Shown: in pieces, positions 1 through 13,310 of the stretch
Layout: each line of letters opens with the position of its first letter
Position numbering within the stretch: the stretch's first letter is position 1
From: Octopus vulgaris
Lineage: Eukaryota
DNA length: 64,000 bases
Direction: 5' to 3'
Assembly: GCA_951406725.2 (NCBI GenBank)
Contig: OX597838.1
Location: forward strand, 20,274,001-20,338,000
Notes under the pieces: model-generated
Told to the model about the DNA's origin: nothing
The model's input: the letters and a program-made list of their open reading frames with translations, nothing else
Database searches by the model: none
Translations under genes and position numbers: made by a program

Positions 1-95
1 GTTCGGCAAGAACTCGTCAAAACCGTAATCTGACGCCCACAGCAGAACAATCAACCATATATGTATGCACATATGTATGTATGAATGTGTATGTG

Positions 96-135
<40 letters not shown>

Positions 136-189
136 GTGTGTGTGTGTATGTGTGTGAAACAACACCCTGTAATTTTACATATTGTGTGA

Positions 190-448
190 TATTTCGAATT
201 AAATTTTCCTTATCAAACAGAAACACGTAGTTATAAAAGTGTTATAATGTGTAATAATGTACTTACAAGAGAATTTGAGCTTTCTAGAATCGTACCAATG
301 AATCAAAGTTCAGCGCCTGTCACAAAGTGGGACGCGGTGAACTTTGTTTAAAGTTTAAATTCTCATATAAGTGCATCATTACACATTAGAACACTTTTAT
401 AAGTGCACTTTTTTTTTTTTTGGTAAGGGAAATTTAATTCGAAATATA
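190..448. mobile_element. Palindromic MITE-like element
   Basis: atatttcgaattaaattttccttatcaaa (~190-218) is inverted at ~419-448; inner arms ttataaaagtgttataatgtgtaat / attacacattagaacacttttataa are also inverted. No coding capacity. Confidence 0.6.
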
Positions 449-468
449 TTTAAAATCGTAGTCTGGTA

Positions 469-499
<31 letters not shown>

Positions 500-760
500 C
501 ATACATACATACATACATACATACATACATAGGAGCAAGAGTGGCTGTGTGGTATACACATTTACTTGTTTCAGTCATTTGACTGCGGCTATGCTGGAGC
601 ACCGCCTTTAGCCGAGGAAATCGACCCCAGGACTTACTCTTTGTAAGCCTAGTACTTCTATCAGTCGCTTTTGCCGAACCGCTAGGTTACGGGGACGTAA
701 ACACGCCAGCGTCGGTTGTCAAGCGATGTTGGGGGGACATACATACAGACACACAAACAT

Positions 761-806
<46 letters not shown>

Positions 807-879
807 GTATAAAAAATATATATAAAAATACAAAATGGGACAAGAAATCGACGACATATATATATATATATATATATAT

Positions 880-931
<52 letters not shown>

Positions 932-1095
932 TCGGACATTTATTTATGATAAATGTCCAACTTATTCAATATCTATTCACACACTACAGCTGAGGTCCCC
1001 ATACAAATCTGGCAATACGTATAATACTACTAGTTAGCGCTGGGTGAAATCTGAAGGCAGACGACCTTTATTTTGTACTCTGCTACGTTCTTAAT

Positions 1096-1598
<503 letters not shown>

Positions 1599-2149
1599 GC
1601 AGAAAATAAAGGAATTCTCTGATGCAGGTTGGCTATGAAGATATCATTAGAAAAACTGGTAAATGCCCTTTGGAAGACGGAAAAAAGTGGCCAGAAATCC
1701 TCTTCAGGGAATCGAGTCTTGCACCTCTTAAATTCCGGCTGAGCTAAGAGACCCCTGCCAGCAAATACCGTGTTTTTATAACGCGACGTCACTAGTACCA
1801 AGCTGTATCGACCTTTGCTTTTATCTTGGATAACATCGGTGGTGTGGAGAGGGGAGGCTGGTTTGCATGGACGATCGCTGATCTTCCATAAACAACCCTA
1901 CCCGGACTTGTGCTCGGAAGGGAACATTCTAGGTTCAATCTCATGGTCATTTATGACCGAAGGGGGTCTTTTTTTTACTCTCTACGTTAAGGGTACACGT
2001 GTCTGTGGAATGCTCAGCCACTTACACGTTAATTTCACGAGCAGGCTGTTCCGTTGATCGGATCAACTGAAACCCTCGTCGTCGTAACCGACGGAATGGC
2101 CGCTATATACGCGCGCACCGACACAGAGAGACAAACAGACAGACAGACA

Positions 2150-2224
<75 letters not shown>

Positions 2225-2617
2225 AAACAGAGTTTAAAAGTAGTTAGTTAAATTACAGTTTTTAAGCTTTCTTACGGTGGAGCTGCAAAAAGAATGTAAA
2301 CACATCTTACTTTCTTCCAACCCAGAAAGGTTGTTCTGACATGTACTTCTTTGAGGACAAGCAGTCCTTCTTTTCTCTTATCACAAAGAGAACTGATAGC
2401 AATTAGCCGTTTAAATCACACACCAACTGGATCTTAGCTGCATTGACTAGACTAATTTGCAAACTGTGCGTTTGTCGGCGGAGAGATTAAGCAATTAATT
2501 ACCTAATTAAATAACTGATAAATATTTACGCACAGCATGTTTAAAAAAAGAAACCAAAATAAATTTAAAGGAGTTAAACTACTCACACACACGCGCGCGC
2601 GCACGCAAACATATAAG

Positions 2618-3131
2618 TACCGTAAATCCTCGAGTATAGTCCGCCCTTGAGTATAATACGCAGGGGATTTTTAGGGGGATGTACCTCTGAAAAACCTAAA
2701 CCTTGTGTATAATACGCACCCCTTCTCTAACTCGAGTCGTGCATAATGAAGCCAGCAGCACCTAGTCGAACAAACACTTCCGTGCATGCATAATACAATA
2801 ATGGTGATGTTCTTAACTGTTATATGGGAATGTAAATATGTTTGCAAATTGTTTTTGTTACATGTTATTCTGTGTTCTGAATACTTTTATTTTAATAAAT
2901 GTTGCTTACTGCAAGTTATAGATGATTCTTTTATGACTTCATTGCTTTCAGGCTTAGCTTAAGGTATTTTCGCGCCCGACATCACAAAATGCATCTGAAT
3001 AAACATTGCCGGACAGCAAATAGAGACTCGGACATTGCTTACAAAATATTTTTCATTTTTAACCTCGTATATTGTGCGCACTAGGGATTTTGACCTTTAA
3101 ATTTTGGGAAAAAATGCGGATTATACTCGAG

Positions 3132-3133
<2 letters not shown>
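2618..3133 (+). mobile_element. Tc1/mariner-pogo-like MITE (TA-CCGTA termini), right end truncated by a microsatellite
   Basis: Starts taccgtaaatcctcgagtatagtccgc and ends gcggattatactcgagga before (CAGA)n; colinear with the copy at 29715-30241. Confidence 0.8.
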
Positions 3134-3173
<40 letters not shown>

Positions 3174-3184
3174 TAGATAGATAA

Positions 3185-3311
<127 letters not shown>

Positions 3312-3826
3312 TGGTTAGAGTTGTGTGTTCTTTCATTTTTAAGATGGCACTGTGCGAATAGAGGATATCTTGGGGGCTTTTCCATTTTTTTTTCTAACAG
3401 GGTTAATGGTGAGTTAATGGTTAATGATTGATAGTTAATGGTTAAATGTGGCGTAGTTAAAGATTGTGTTACTGCCGCCAATGGTGGCAGTGATGCTGGT
3501 GGTGCTGTAGTGGTGTTGAATTCAGTGGTGATGTTGCTGGTTGTGGTGATGTTGCTAGTGTTGGATTTAGATGGTGGTGGTGGTGGTGATTGTAGATGTG
3601 ACGGTGACTGTAGTGTGTCGGTCGTGATGGCACTATGACTAATTCTTATGGTGGGTGGGGGTTGGCGGTGGGGGGTCGGGAATTCAGTTCAAGCAGCTAA
3701 TAGGGTTTCAAATGTCAAAGGTCAGACTTTTAAGGAGAAGGAAGACCATGAGAATGAGACACGCTGGGAAGTTACGTAAGCACGGAGGCGGTCGTTGACA
3801 CAAGTTTGTATAAGACAGGGGGAGAG

Positions 3827-3921
<95 letters not shown>

Positions 3922-4364
3922 CAGAAAGAGAGGAAGAGAGAGAGAGAGGGGTGTATGGGGGAGGTAAATATGTGAAAAGGAGGACAGAGGAGGAATCGCA
4001 TGTAGATGAGTGTGAAAATGAAAAGATTATGTCTCTATATTTCGAAATAATTTTCTCGTATATTTACATTGAGGAGTGGAACGTACAATTTCTTGCAATT
4101 CACAACCGCCTTATGGTCCCAGAAAACAAACTGGAAAAGGCGTTGCCCCGGAGGATGGCGAGGGTGATTGCGCTGGAACAGCCTCCCTGACTCACGGGGC
4201 TCGCGGGATAGCCATCTCCGCCCCGATAGCGGTCTCCACTGTCTTTATGCTGTACGAGGAAATGGTGGATAGGCAGACAGAGAGATAGACGGATACGCAG
4301 GCTATAGATTTGATAGCTGGATGTTTTGTTGTCGACTTGCGTTCTTCTCCCATTTTTTGTATTG

Positions 4365-4424
<60 letters not shown>

Positions 4425-4431
<7 letters not shown>

Positions 4432-4630
4432 TAATCCAAACAAGAAAACAAAAAGACAACAACGCGAGGATGTGGAACAAATAAAGTATTATTGGGCGCT
4501 CAGGAAAAAAGGGAAGAAGGAGGGTATGACGTTTCGAGCGGAGCTCTTCGTCGAAAACATAGGAGAAAGAAAGATCCCGAGGTGGGAGGACAGAGGGAAA
4601 AAAATGCAAGTGGTCTTCACGAAGTCACAT
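4425..4630 (-). mobile_element. Probable Penelope-like terminal fragment with degenerate hammerhead motif
   Basis: Abuts (TA)n. Minus strand 4524-4558: GUUU-UCGACGA-A-GAGC-UCC-GCUC-GAAA-CG-UC-AUAC. A truncated relative lies at ~40660-40755. Confidence 0.6.
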
Positions 4631-4693
4631 ATATATATAAGAAATACTAAATTTCTAAATCTCTCGTTGAGACATGTACGGTGGTGGGGCGAT

Positions 4694-5033
4694 AGAATGG
4701 TTGTATACTGTCAATCTAACATGAACGTGACAGTAGGGGGGTACACCACCGCTGTATAGCCCTAGGAAGCATCGACGCCTCCTGATGGCTTTGACACATT
4801 TTCCCCTGTGTACATTTACGAAGCCGAAGAAGGACAATGATCCTGAAACACGTGTCCCTAGATGCAGCTCCGGCGGCCGGGGATGTTTGTCTCCCCTTCG
4901 TAAATGTATATAAGGACACAGGGAAAAATGTGTCAAAGCCATCAGGAGGCGTCAATGCTTCCTAGGGCTATACAGCGGTGGTGTACCCCCCTACTGTCAC
5001 GTTTGTGTTAGATTGACAGTATACAACCATTCT
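4694..5033. repeat. Fold-back element with ~130-bp inverted arms and a hammerhead-like motif in the loop
   Basis: Arm 4694-4823 is the near-perfect reverse complement of 4896-5033. Loop on + strand: CCGAAGA-AGGA-CAAUGA-UCCU-GAAA-CACGUG-UC (4824-4856). Confidence 0.85.
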
Positions 5034-5055
5034 CTCTCTCTCTCTCTCTCTCCCC

Positions 5056-5113
<58 letters not shown>

Positions 5114-5336
5114 GTGAAGGCACATTCTGACTGTCATTGCCTGCTATTCATTGTTGGTCAGTGACTTGGCATTTGGTTGTAATTCACATAACTTCTCTTC
5201 TTTCACTGAGGGGTGCGTGGATTCCTTTGGTATTGTATATTGTACAAGCGAGTCAGGAATTAATGTCTTCAAAGAGAAACTATATACATACACATATATG
5301 CATACATATATGCAGACATATGTATGTATGCGTATG

Positions 5337-5388
<52 letters not shown>

Positions 5389-5455
5389 TGTATGTATGTA
5401 TGTATGTATGTATGTATGTATGTATGTATGTATATATATATATATATATGCACAG

Positions 5456-5685
5456 GGCGGCGAGCTGGTAGAATCGTTACCACACCGGGCGAAATGCTTA
5501 GCGGTATTTCGTCTACCGTTACGTTCTGAGTTCAAATTCCGCCAAGGTTGACTTTGCTTTTCATCCTTTTGGGGTCGCTTAAATAAGTACCAGTTATGCA
5601 CTGGGGTCGATGTAATCGACTTAATACCTTTGTCTGTCCTTGTTTGTCTCCTCTATGTTTAGCCTCCTTGTGGACAATAAAGAAC
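5456..5685 (+). mobile_element. tRNA-derived SINE family 2, monomer
   Basis: Head GGCGGCGAGCTGG.AGAA.CGTTA, B-box-like GAGTTCAAATTCC, conserved body (family consensus GTCGACTTTGCCTTTCATCCTTTCGGGGTCGAT, possibly a Meta-type SINE domain), tail ...AAAGAA. Other copies at about 9815-10037(-), 11092-11486, 12416-12618, 14160-14590, 15465-15620, 19865-20072, 24206-24381, 26075-26275(-), 34650-35295, 44317-44918, 45457-45690(-), 46400-46935, 49602-50265, 53608-53832, 58381-58790. Confidence 0.9.
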
Positions 5686-7326
5686 TATATATATAGTTCC
5701 CAACCACATGATTCCGGGTTCATTCCCAATGTGTGGCACCAAGGTCATATGTCTTCTTCTATAGCCTCGGGATGAGCAAAGCCTAATGAGTGGATTTAAT
5801 AAACGGAAACTGAAAGAAGCCCATCATATATGTGTGTGTTTGTCCCACACCACCACTTGGCAACCGGTGTTGGTGTGTTTACGTCCCTGCAACATAGCGG
5901 TTTGGCAACAGACCCCGATAGAATAAGTACCAGATTTAAAATGTGTACTACTGGAATTGATTCATTGAACTAAAAATTCTTCAAGTCGATGCCCCAGCAT
6001 GGCCACAGTCTGATGACTGAAACAAGTAAAAGATAAAAAAAAACAGACGCAGACATGCACACGCACACACACATACGTATATATATCGAGAAAGCGAGAG
6101 AGAGAGAGAGAGAGAGAGAATGTGTGCATGCGCGCGCATGTGTAAGGAGGCATGTGTATGAAAAGTACACATTACTGGTGCAATGTCTTGAGATGATGTT
6201 GCCTGAGTAATACACGGTTGGAATGGCGCCAGAAAGTTGCACGTTAGAGTAGAAATAACTGTTTATTGTCACAGCAGAAGGTACACAAACGTACGCCAGC
6301 AGTGGGTTACACAGGCAGACTACGGTGGATACACACGTGTTTGTGTCGTCTGCCAATCAAATTGCTTGCATCTTTGTTGTTGAATCCGTCCCGTGGTACC
6401 ATGACCGTGTTCAGTGCATAGTACTAAGGTATGTGATGAACAACATATGTCTTGGTGGTGGTGGTGGTGGTGTGTGTGGTTTGAATGGTGGTGGTGTTAC
6501 CCCTTGTTTGTATGTAAGTGTGTGATGGTGGTGGCGAATGAATGCTGGAAAGTGTATCATGCCGATGGTGGTAGTAATGATGCTGATGGTGGTTGAGGTG
6601 ATCGTGATGGCGATAGTAAAGATGGTGACGGTGGTAGACGTGACGTAGGGTCTCATCTTTGTTTTTCATTCTTTTAGGATCGTCAAATTAATACCAATCG
6701 AGAGCGGTGAATTAGTGGAATTGCTGCAATGTCAGTATTTGTTCCGGTTTATTGCTTTCTAAGTTCAAAAACCCACCTTGGTGGTACCGGTGTTGCTGAT
6801 GATAGCTGGGGAGTAGTACTAATGGAGGGGGTGCGTGGCTTAGTGGTTAGGGTGTACAGCTCCCGATCGTAAGGTTGTGAGTTCGATTCCCGGTGACGCT
6901 TTGTGTCCTTGAGCAAGACGCTTCATTTTCACGTTGTTCCAGCCTACTCATCTGGCAAAAATGAGTTGTACCTGTATTTCAAAGGGCCAGCTTTCTCACA
7001 TTCTGTGTCATGCTGAATCTCCCTGAGAACTACATTAAGGGTACATGGGATCTTTGTGGTTATCGTAACTGTCTACAATTTTGTTCCAATTGTTTTCAAA
7101 TTTGATATATGGATTAAGTTTTGTATACTAATTATGAACATGAAATTAATTTTCCCTATAAATTCAAAATTAAAAAGTTATTAGCCATTAAAATTTGAAA
7201 AAATTGGGTTATTTTAGCCAATCAAAGCGAGAACTTCACCGTAAAGTTCTGCTAGCATATTAAGCAAAGAAGCACCACGTGTTCCATAACTGATTGCGAA
7301 GAACTCTGCTTCCATAGCAACCAAAG

Positions 7327-7653
7327 ATGCTGCGTATGCGCACAAGGAGTGTAAACAAGGTCTGCATTCGACACTCAGTTCTTCCAGGAACCACTATCTT
7401 CAGTGACCTGTGGCGAGCTTATAATCATATCCCAGAAATCGTGGGTTATGATTTCAAACATAAAACTGGGAACCATAGTATTGAATTTATAAACTCAAAA
7501 GATGGGACTCACACTCAACAAATTGAAAGTACCTGGGCATCTTTAAAGCGTGGAAGCAAACGCCGGTGTGGAACATACCGTTCCGTGGTTGACTCTTATC
7601 TTTGTGAATTTACGTGCAGAAGGAGATATGAGAAAGATAATTTATTTTACTAA
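7327..7653 (+). pseudogene. C-terminal fragment of a Merlin/ISXO2-type DDE transposase
   Basis: PGTTIFSDLWRAY...HKTGNHS.EF...GTHTQQIESTW..LK...SYLCEF..RR matches IS1595-family motifs (SDxWxAY, VNHS, HTQxIESxW). The N-terminal part with the first catalytic Asp is absent. Confidence 0.9.
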
Positions 7654-7739
7654 GTCCTAGTGTGTATTGTAAACTTTCGTTCTTGGAATTTTTAAAAACT
7701 AATAAATGTCTGTTCTAAGCAATGTTTTAACTGTCATTT

Positions 7740-9100
7740 CTAGCAACTCCTGTTGGTTTGTTCATAGTTTTTAAATATTTAATTTGCTCGCGAATGTTTT
7801 AATGCTTTTCATTGTTTTCACTGTTAACTTTGCTAGTATATATTTTAATGTTTTGACTGATATTTCTAGCAACTCCTGTTGGTTTGCTCGTAGCTTTTAA
7901 ATATTTAATTTGCTCGCGAATGTTTTAATGCTTTTCATTGTTTTCACTGTTAACTTTGCTAGTATATATTCTAATGTTTTGACTGATATTTCTAGCAACT
8001 CCTGTTGGTTTGCTCGTAGCTTTTAAATATTTAATTTGCTCGTGAATGTTTTAATGCTTTTCATTGTTTTCACTGTTAACTTTGCTAGTATATATTTTAA
8101 TGTTTTGACTGATATTTCTAGCAACTCCTGTTGGTTTGCTCGTAGCTTTTAAATATTTAATTTGCTCGTGAATGTTTTAATGCTTTTCATTGTTTTCACT
8201 GTTAACTTTGCTAGTATATATTCTAATGTTTTGACTGATATTTCTAGCAACTCCTGTTGGTTTGCTCGTAGCTTTTTGAATATCTAATTTGCTCGTGAAT
8301 GTTTTAATGCTTTTCATTGTTTTCACTGTTAACTTTGCTAGTATATATTTTAATGTTTTGACTGATATTTCTAGCAACTCCTGTTGGTTTGTTCATAGTT
8401 TTTAAATATTTAATTTGCTCGTGAATGTTTTAATGCTTTTCATTGTTTTCACTGTTAACTTTGCTAGTATATATTTTAATGTTTTGACTGATATTTCTAG
8501 CAACTCCTGTTGGTTTGCTCGTAGCTTTTAAATATTTAATTTGCTCGTGAATGTTTTAATGCTTTTCATTGTTTTCACTGTTAACTTTGCTAGTATATAT
8601 TTTAATGTTTTGACTGATATTTCTAGCAACTCCTGTTGGTTTGCTCGTAGCTTTTGAATATCTAATTTGCTCGTGAATGCTTTAATGCTTTTCATTGTTT
8701 TCACTGTTAACTTTGCTAGTATATATTTTAATGTTTTGACTGATATTTCTAGCAACTCCTGTTGGTTTGCTCGTAGCTTTTGAATATCTAATTTGCTCGT
8801 GAATGCTTTAATGCTTTTCATTGTTTTCACTGTTAACTTTGCTAGTATATATTTTAATGTTTTGACTGATATTTCTAGCAACTCCTGTTGGTTTGCTCGT
8901 AGCTTTTAAATATTTAATTTGCTCGTGAATGTTTTAATGCTTTTCATTGTTTTCACTGTTAACTTTGCTAGTATATATTTTAATGTTTTGACTGATATTT
9001 CTAGCAACTCCTGTTGGTTTGCTCGTAGCTTTTGAATATCTAATTTGCTCGCGAATCTTTTAATGTTTTTCACTGTTTACTGTAACTAGTTTAGTTTTGA
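7740..9100 (+). repeat. 126-bp tandem repeat array, ~10.5 units, inside the Merlin element
   Basis: Unit start ctagcaactcc at 7740, 7866, 7992, 8118, 8244, 8371, 8497, 8623, 8749, 8875, 9001. Confidence 0.95.
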
Positions 9101-10260
9101 CATGTCGGTGCTCCCTCCCCCCCAGCCCGCTTTCTAGCAACTGTGACAAATGATGGAAGATGCAGAGAACAGGCTGTTTCCTGACTGGCTGAACATTCTG
9201 AAAATTATCAAAATTTGAACGCCTGTAACATTTTCGCAAAATTTTTCTGGAATAAATGAATAACAAATTCCGGTTTCAGCGTAAAAAATTACATCCTACT
9301 TGATGCATAAACATGTTTTTTTAAACATTTCGACATGCAGTAATGATAACCACAAAGATCCGGTACGTGTGTCTGTGGAGTGCTGTTCCGTTGAAGAGAT
9401 CAACTGAAGCTCACGTCGTCGTAACTGACAGAGTGTCAGCTTTTAAGTTTCAAGTACCAATAGGTGCAAGTGTGGCTCAATGGGAAGAAGTTTACTTTCT
9501 AACCACATGGTTCCGGGTTCATTCCCACTGCGTGGCACATTGAGCAAGTGTCCTCTACAATAGCCTCGGACCAACCAAAGCCTTGTGAGTGGATTTGGTA
9601 GACGGAAACTGAAAGAAGCCCGTCGTATAGGCGCAGGCGTGACTCTGTGTTAAGAAGCTTATTTCGCAAACACATGGTTCCGGGTTCATTCCCACTGCGT
9701 GATACCTTGGACAAGTGTCTTCTATAGCTTCGGATTCACCAAAGCCTTGTGAGTGGATTCGGTACACGAAAACTGAAAGAAGCCCGTCGCATATTTATAC
9801 ACACACACATATATATTTCTTTACTACCCACAAGAGGCTAAACACAGAGGGGACAAACAAGGACAGACAAACGGATTACGTCGACCCCAGTGCGTAACTG
9901 GTACTTAATTTATCGACCCCGAAAGGATGAAAGGCAAAGTCGACCTCGGCGGAATTTGAACTCAGAACGTAACGGCAGACGAAATACAGCTACGCATTTC
10001 GCTCAGCGTGCTAACGTTTCTGCCAGCTCGCCGCCTTATATACACATATATATACACATACACACACACACATATATACACACACACACATATATATACA
10101 CACACAATATATATATAAATATATATGTATATATTTATGAGTGTGTGTCTTTGCTTCTGTGTCTGTTCCCCCACCATCGCTTCACAACTGATGCTGGTGT
10201 TTCCGCCCCCGAAACTTAACGGTTCAGCAAAACGAGGGGTCGGCGATATAAATTTACATA

Positions 10261-10492
10261 TACTGGGTTGGTGCATAATTATTGTGGCTTTTTATCAACA
10301 AATTTTATTCAACAAAAACAATAACAATATTTAACAAAAGCATCTTTAAATGACGGTCTGACCGTCTGCGAAGCAAATGGGAAGCAGTAATTGAAGTAGA
10401 TGGTGAATATGCTCCGGAATAATCATTTAAAGATGTTTTTGTTACATGTTGTTATTGTTTTTGTTGAATAAAATTTGTTTATTATGCACCAA
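10261..10492 (+). mobile_element. Mariner-derived MITE
   Basis: Inverted ends ttggtgcataat / attatgcaccaa and inner inverted arms; the centre encodes ...DRLRSKWEAVIEVDGEYAPE*, typical of a mariner transposase C-terminus. Confidence 0.75.
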
Positions 10493-12317
10493 TGCGTCAT
10501 AGGTGATATGGCGAGGGAATATTGTAAATTGGTCATACTTCTACAATGCACTGAATACGATCGTGGTAGTAATAGAGAACGAATTCAACAAGGAAGTTAG
10601 CAATTTGATTGGCAGACGACACAGACACGTATCAACCAGTCTACGCGCATAACTCACTGATGACGTACGTACCGCGTACCTTCTGCTGTGACAATAAACA
10701 ATTATTTCTACAGCTTAACAATTTTGTTTTGTTATAATTCCTAATTATATCTAATCGTAAAAATGAATAGATTTTTTTTTTTTTAAACATTGTGCCCCAG
10801 TAGAATAAAATAGGAATGAAAGGGATCCATAGCCAAAAAATGGTTGAGAATCACTGCTGTAGGGTATGATTTGAGGAAAATTTGGCTGCTGTTATAGGTG
10901 GTCATTGTTGGAGATGACAGCAGCTCGGTCGTGTGTGGTGCGTGTGAGGTGTGGGGTGAGGTAGTGGGACAAAACTTAACCTTAGGAGCACATAAGATTT
11001 AATTTCTTTATCGCTAAGTCAGGTGAGAAGGACAACACTCATGGTACTTTATAGAACCTTTGAAGCTTTGAGGGCGGCGAGCTGGCAGAAACATTAGCAC
11101 GCCGGGCGAAATGCTTTGCGGTATTTCGTCTGCCGTTACGTTCTGAGTTCAAATTCCGCCGAGGTCGACTTTGCCTTTCATCCTTTCGGGGTCGATTAAA
11201 TAAGTACTAGTTACGCACTGGGGACAATATAATCGACTTAATCCGTTTGTCTGTCCTTGTTTGTCCTCTCTGTGTTTAGCCTCTTGTGGGTAGTAAAGAA
11301 ATAGGTATTTCGTCTGCCGTTACGTTCTGGGTTCAAATTCCGCCGAGGTCGACTTTGCCTTTCATCCTTTCGGGATCGATTAAATAAGTACCAGTTACGC
11401 ACTGGGGTCGATGTAATCGACTTAATCCGTTTGTTTGTCCTTGTTTGTCCCCTCTGTGTGTAGCCCCTTGTGGGTAGTAAAGAAATGTATACTACACCAG
11501 TTCATAGTAGACCGAGGAGTAACAGTGACTAAGACGAGGCCTCACACTCCTCAAAACCCTAGAATTCCCGAACCAGGGTCTCCCTACCAGATGCAGTTTA
11601 AAGACATAGCCATCCGATCCTTGGTTTAAATAAAAAGAACGAATTAATTTCAAGAAAGAGTCCCTAATGCAAGACAGAGAACTAGTGCGAATAGCCACCA
11701 CCTGGAGTTATGTCCGTAATCTGTAAGCTACTGACGTGTACAGTGGATCGACGGAACGAAACCTTGGGCCGGTAAAATGCAATCGTTATTTATCTCACAA
11801 AAATCCACTTATATAAGTTCTCCCATACAATTGCGTTGAATTGTTTACGTCTTTTTGTAGTGTAAATGAGGTTACAGGTAAAGTGTAACACAGTTTTCTC
11901 GAAGAAAAAAAAAAAAAGCATGGCTGAGAACAAAGAAACAATGACTTGTAAACGTATTTATAGACTTTCAAATGCATTTTCGAAAATATAGCCTACCTCA
12001 CCTCCCCCCACATACATACCTAAGAACATATATACATACATGCATAGATATGTAGATACCTGCGAATGAAGTTGTATTGACTGGTTTTGATACATTTTTT
12101 ATAGCACAATACAAATAAAGCTATAAATATATGCGCGGAGGCGCATATGTATGTGTATATAAATGCATACATACATACATATATACATACATACACATAT
12201 ATATACACGTATGTATATATGTGTGTGTGTATACACATATACAAATACATATATATATGTAGACACACACATATCCCTGGGTATATGTTTGAAGGAACAC
12301 ATATATATGTTTGTGTG

Positions 12318-12349
<32 letters not shown>

Positions 12350-12777
12350 TGTATGTATGTATGTATGTATGTATGTATGTATGTATGTATGTATAGATAC
12401 GTATATATGTATGTCTGGCAGAAATGTTAGCACACCGGGCGAAATGCTCAGCGGTATTTCGTCTGTCTTCATTTTGAGTTCAAATTCCTCCGAGGTCGAC
12501 TTTGCTTTTTATCCATTCAGGGTCAATAAATTAAATACCAGTTACGTACTGGCATCTATCTAAGCGACTGGCCCCATCTCCCCAAATTCCGGGCTTTGTA
12601 CCTGGAGCAGAAAAGATATATACGCATATGTATGTATGTATGTATATAAACGTAAAAGACTTGTTTTATTTCAATTCCTGAGCGCCATACTAATACAATT
12701 GTTTGTTTGTACTCCACCTGCCTTCGTCTTTTGTTTATTTTCGTAAAGCTTCCCTATATATATATATATATGTATAT

Positions 12778-13059
12778 AAACAATTGCAGCGTGTGGAAGG
12801 TGTTTGTAAGCCATTTAAGAAACACACAAAAGCCGTTCGATTCACTTCAACATTTAAGTTTAACTTGTCAAAATATTTTCGTCGCTTTAAGACCGCGACC
12901 TGTTCACTGACAAAAATCCGTGCTTGACAAATTAAACTTAAATGTTGAAGTGAATCGAACGGCTTTTGTGTGTTTCTTAAATGGCTTACAAACACCTTCC
13001 ACGCTGCAATTGTTTTCGTTTCAGCACACGATCTCAGATCAAATCACTTGCTATGCAAC

Positions 13060-13095
<36 letters not shown>

Positions 13096-13134
13096 GATCT
13101 CAGATCAAATCACTTGTTATGCAAGTACATCTCC

Positions 13135-13188
<54 letters not shown>

Positions 13189-13207
13189 AGATGTACTTGC
13201 ATAGCAA

Positions 13208-13256
<49 letters not shown>

Positions 13257-13310
13257 GGAGATGTACTTGCATAGCAAGTGATTTGATCTGAGATCGTGTG
13301 CTGAAACGAA

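Larger units (their letters stand above)
7048..9361 (+). mobile_element. Merlin (IS1595/IS1016-like) DNA transposon, internally deleted
   Basis: 17-bp TIRs GGATCTTTGTGGTTATC / GATAACCACAAAGATCC; 8-bp TSD GGTACATG (7040-7047) / GGTACGTG (9362-9369); GG termini with 8-bp TSD are Merlin hallmarks; contains a transposase remnant and a tandem array. Confidence 0.92.
6826..9440 (+). mobile_element. tRNA-derived SINE split by the Merlin insertion (6826-7047 and 9362-~9440)
   Basis: tRNA-like head TGGCTTAGTGGTTAGG...GAGTTCGATTCCC; the tail ...gagaactacattaagggtac | gtgtgtctgtggagtgctg... is contiguous in the intact copy at 54715-55096. Confidence 0.85.

Noticed and set aside
6275-6429. Possible exon (cacag acceptor, aag|gtatgt donor, one open frame)
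   Set aside because: Short, no recognisable protein, no linked exons; insufficient support.
6826-6900. tRNA genes (also at 13666, 30621, 40400, 55030)
   Set aside because: A and B boxes are present but there is no proper acceptor stem, and each continues into a SINE body.
7740-9100. CRISPR-like or repeat-protein reading of the 126-bp array
   Set aside because: No unique spacers, eukaryotic context, stops and a frameshift in several units; it lies inside a transposon.
10657-10685. CUGAUGA followed by hairpin GUACG/CGUAC
   Set aside because: No GAAA follows (CUUC instead), so not a hammerhead as it stands.
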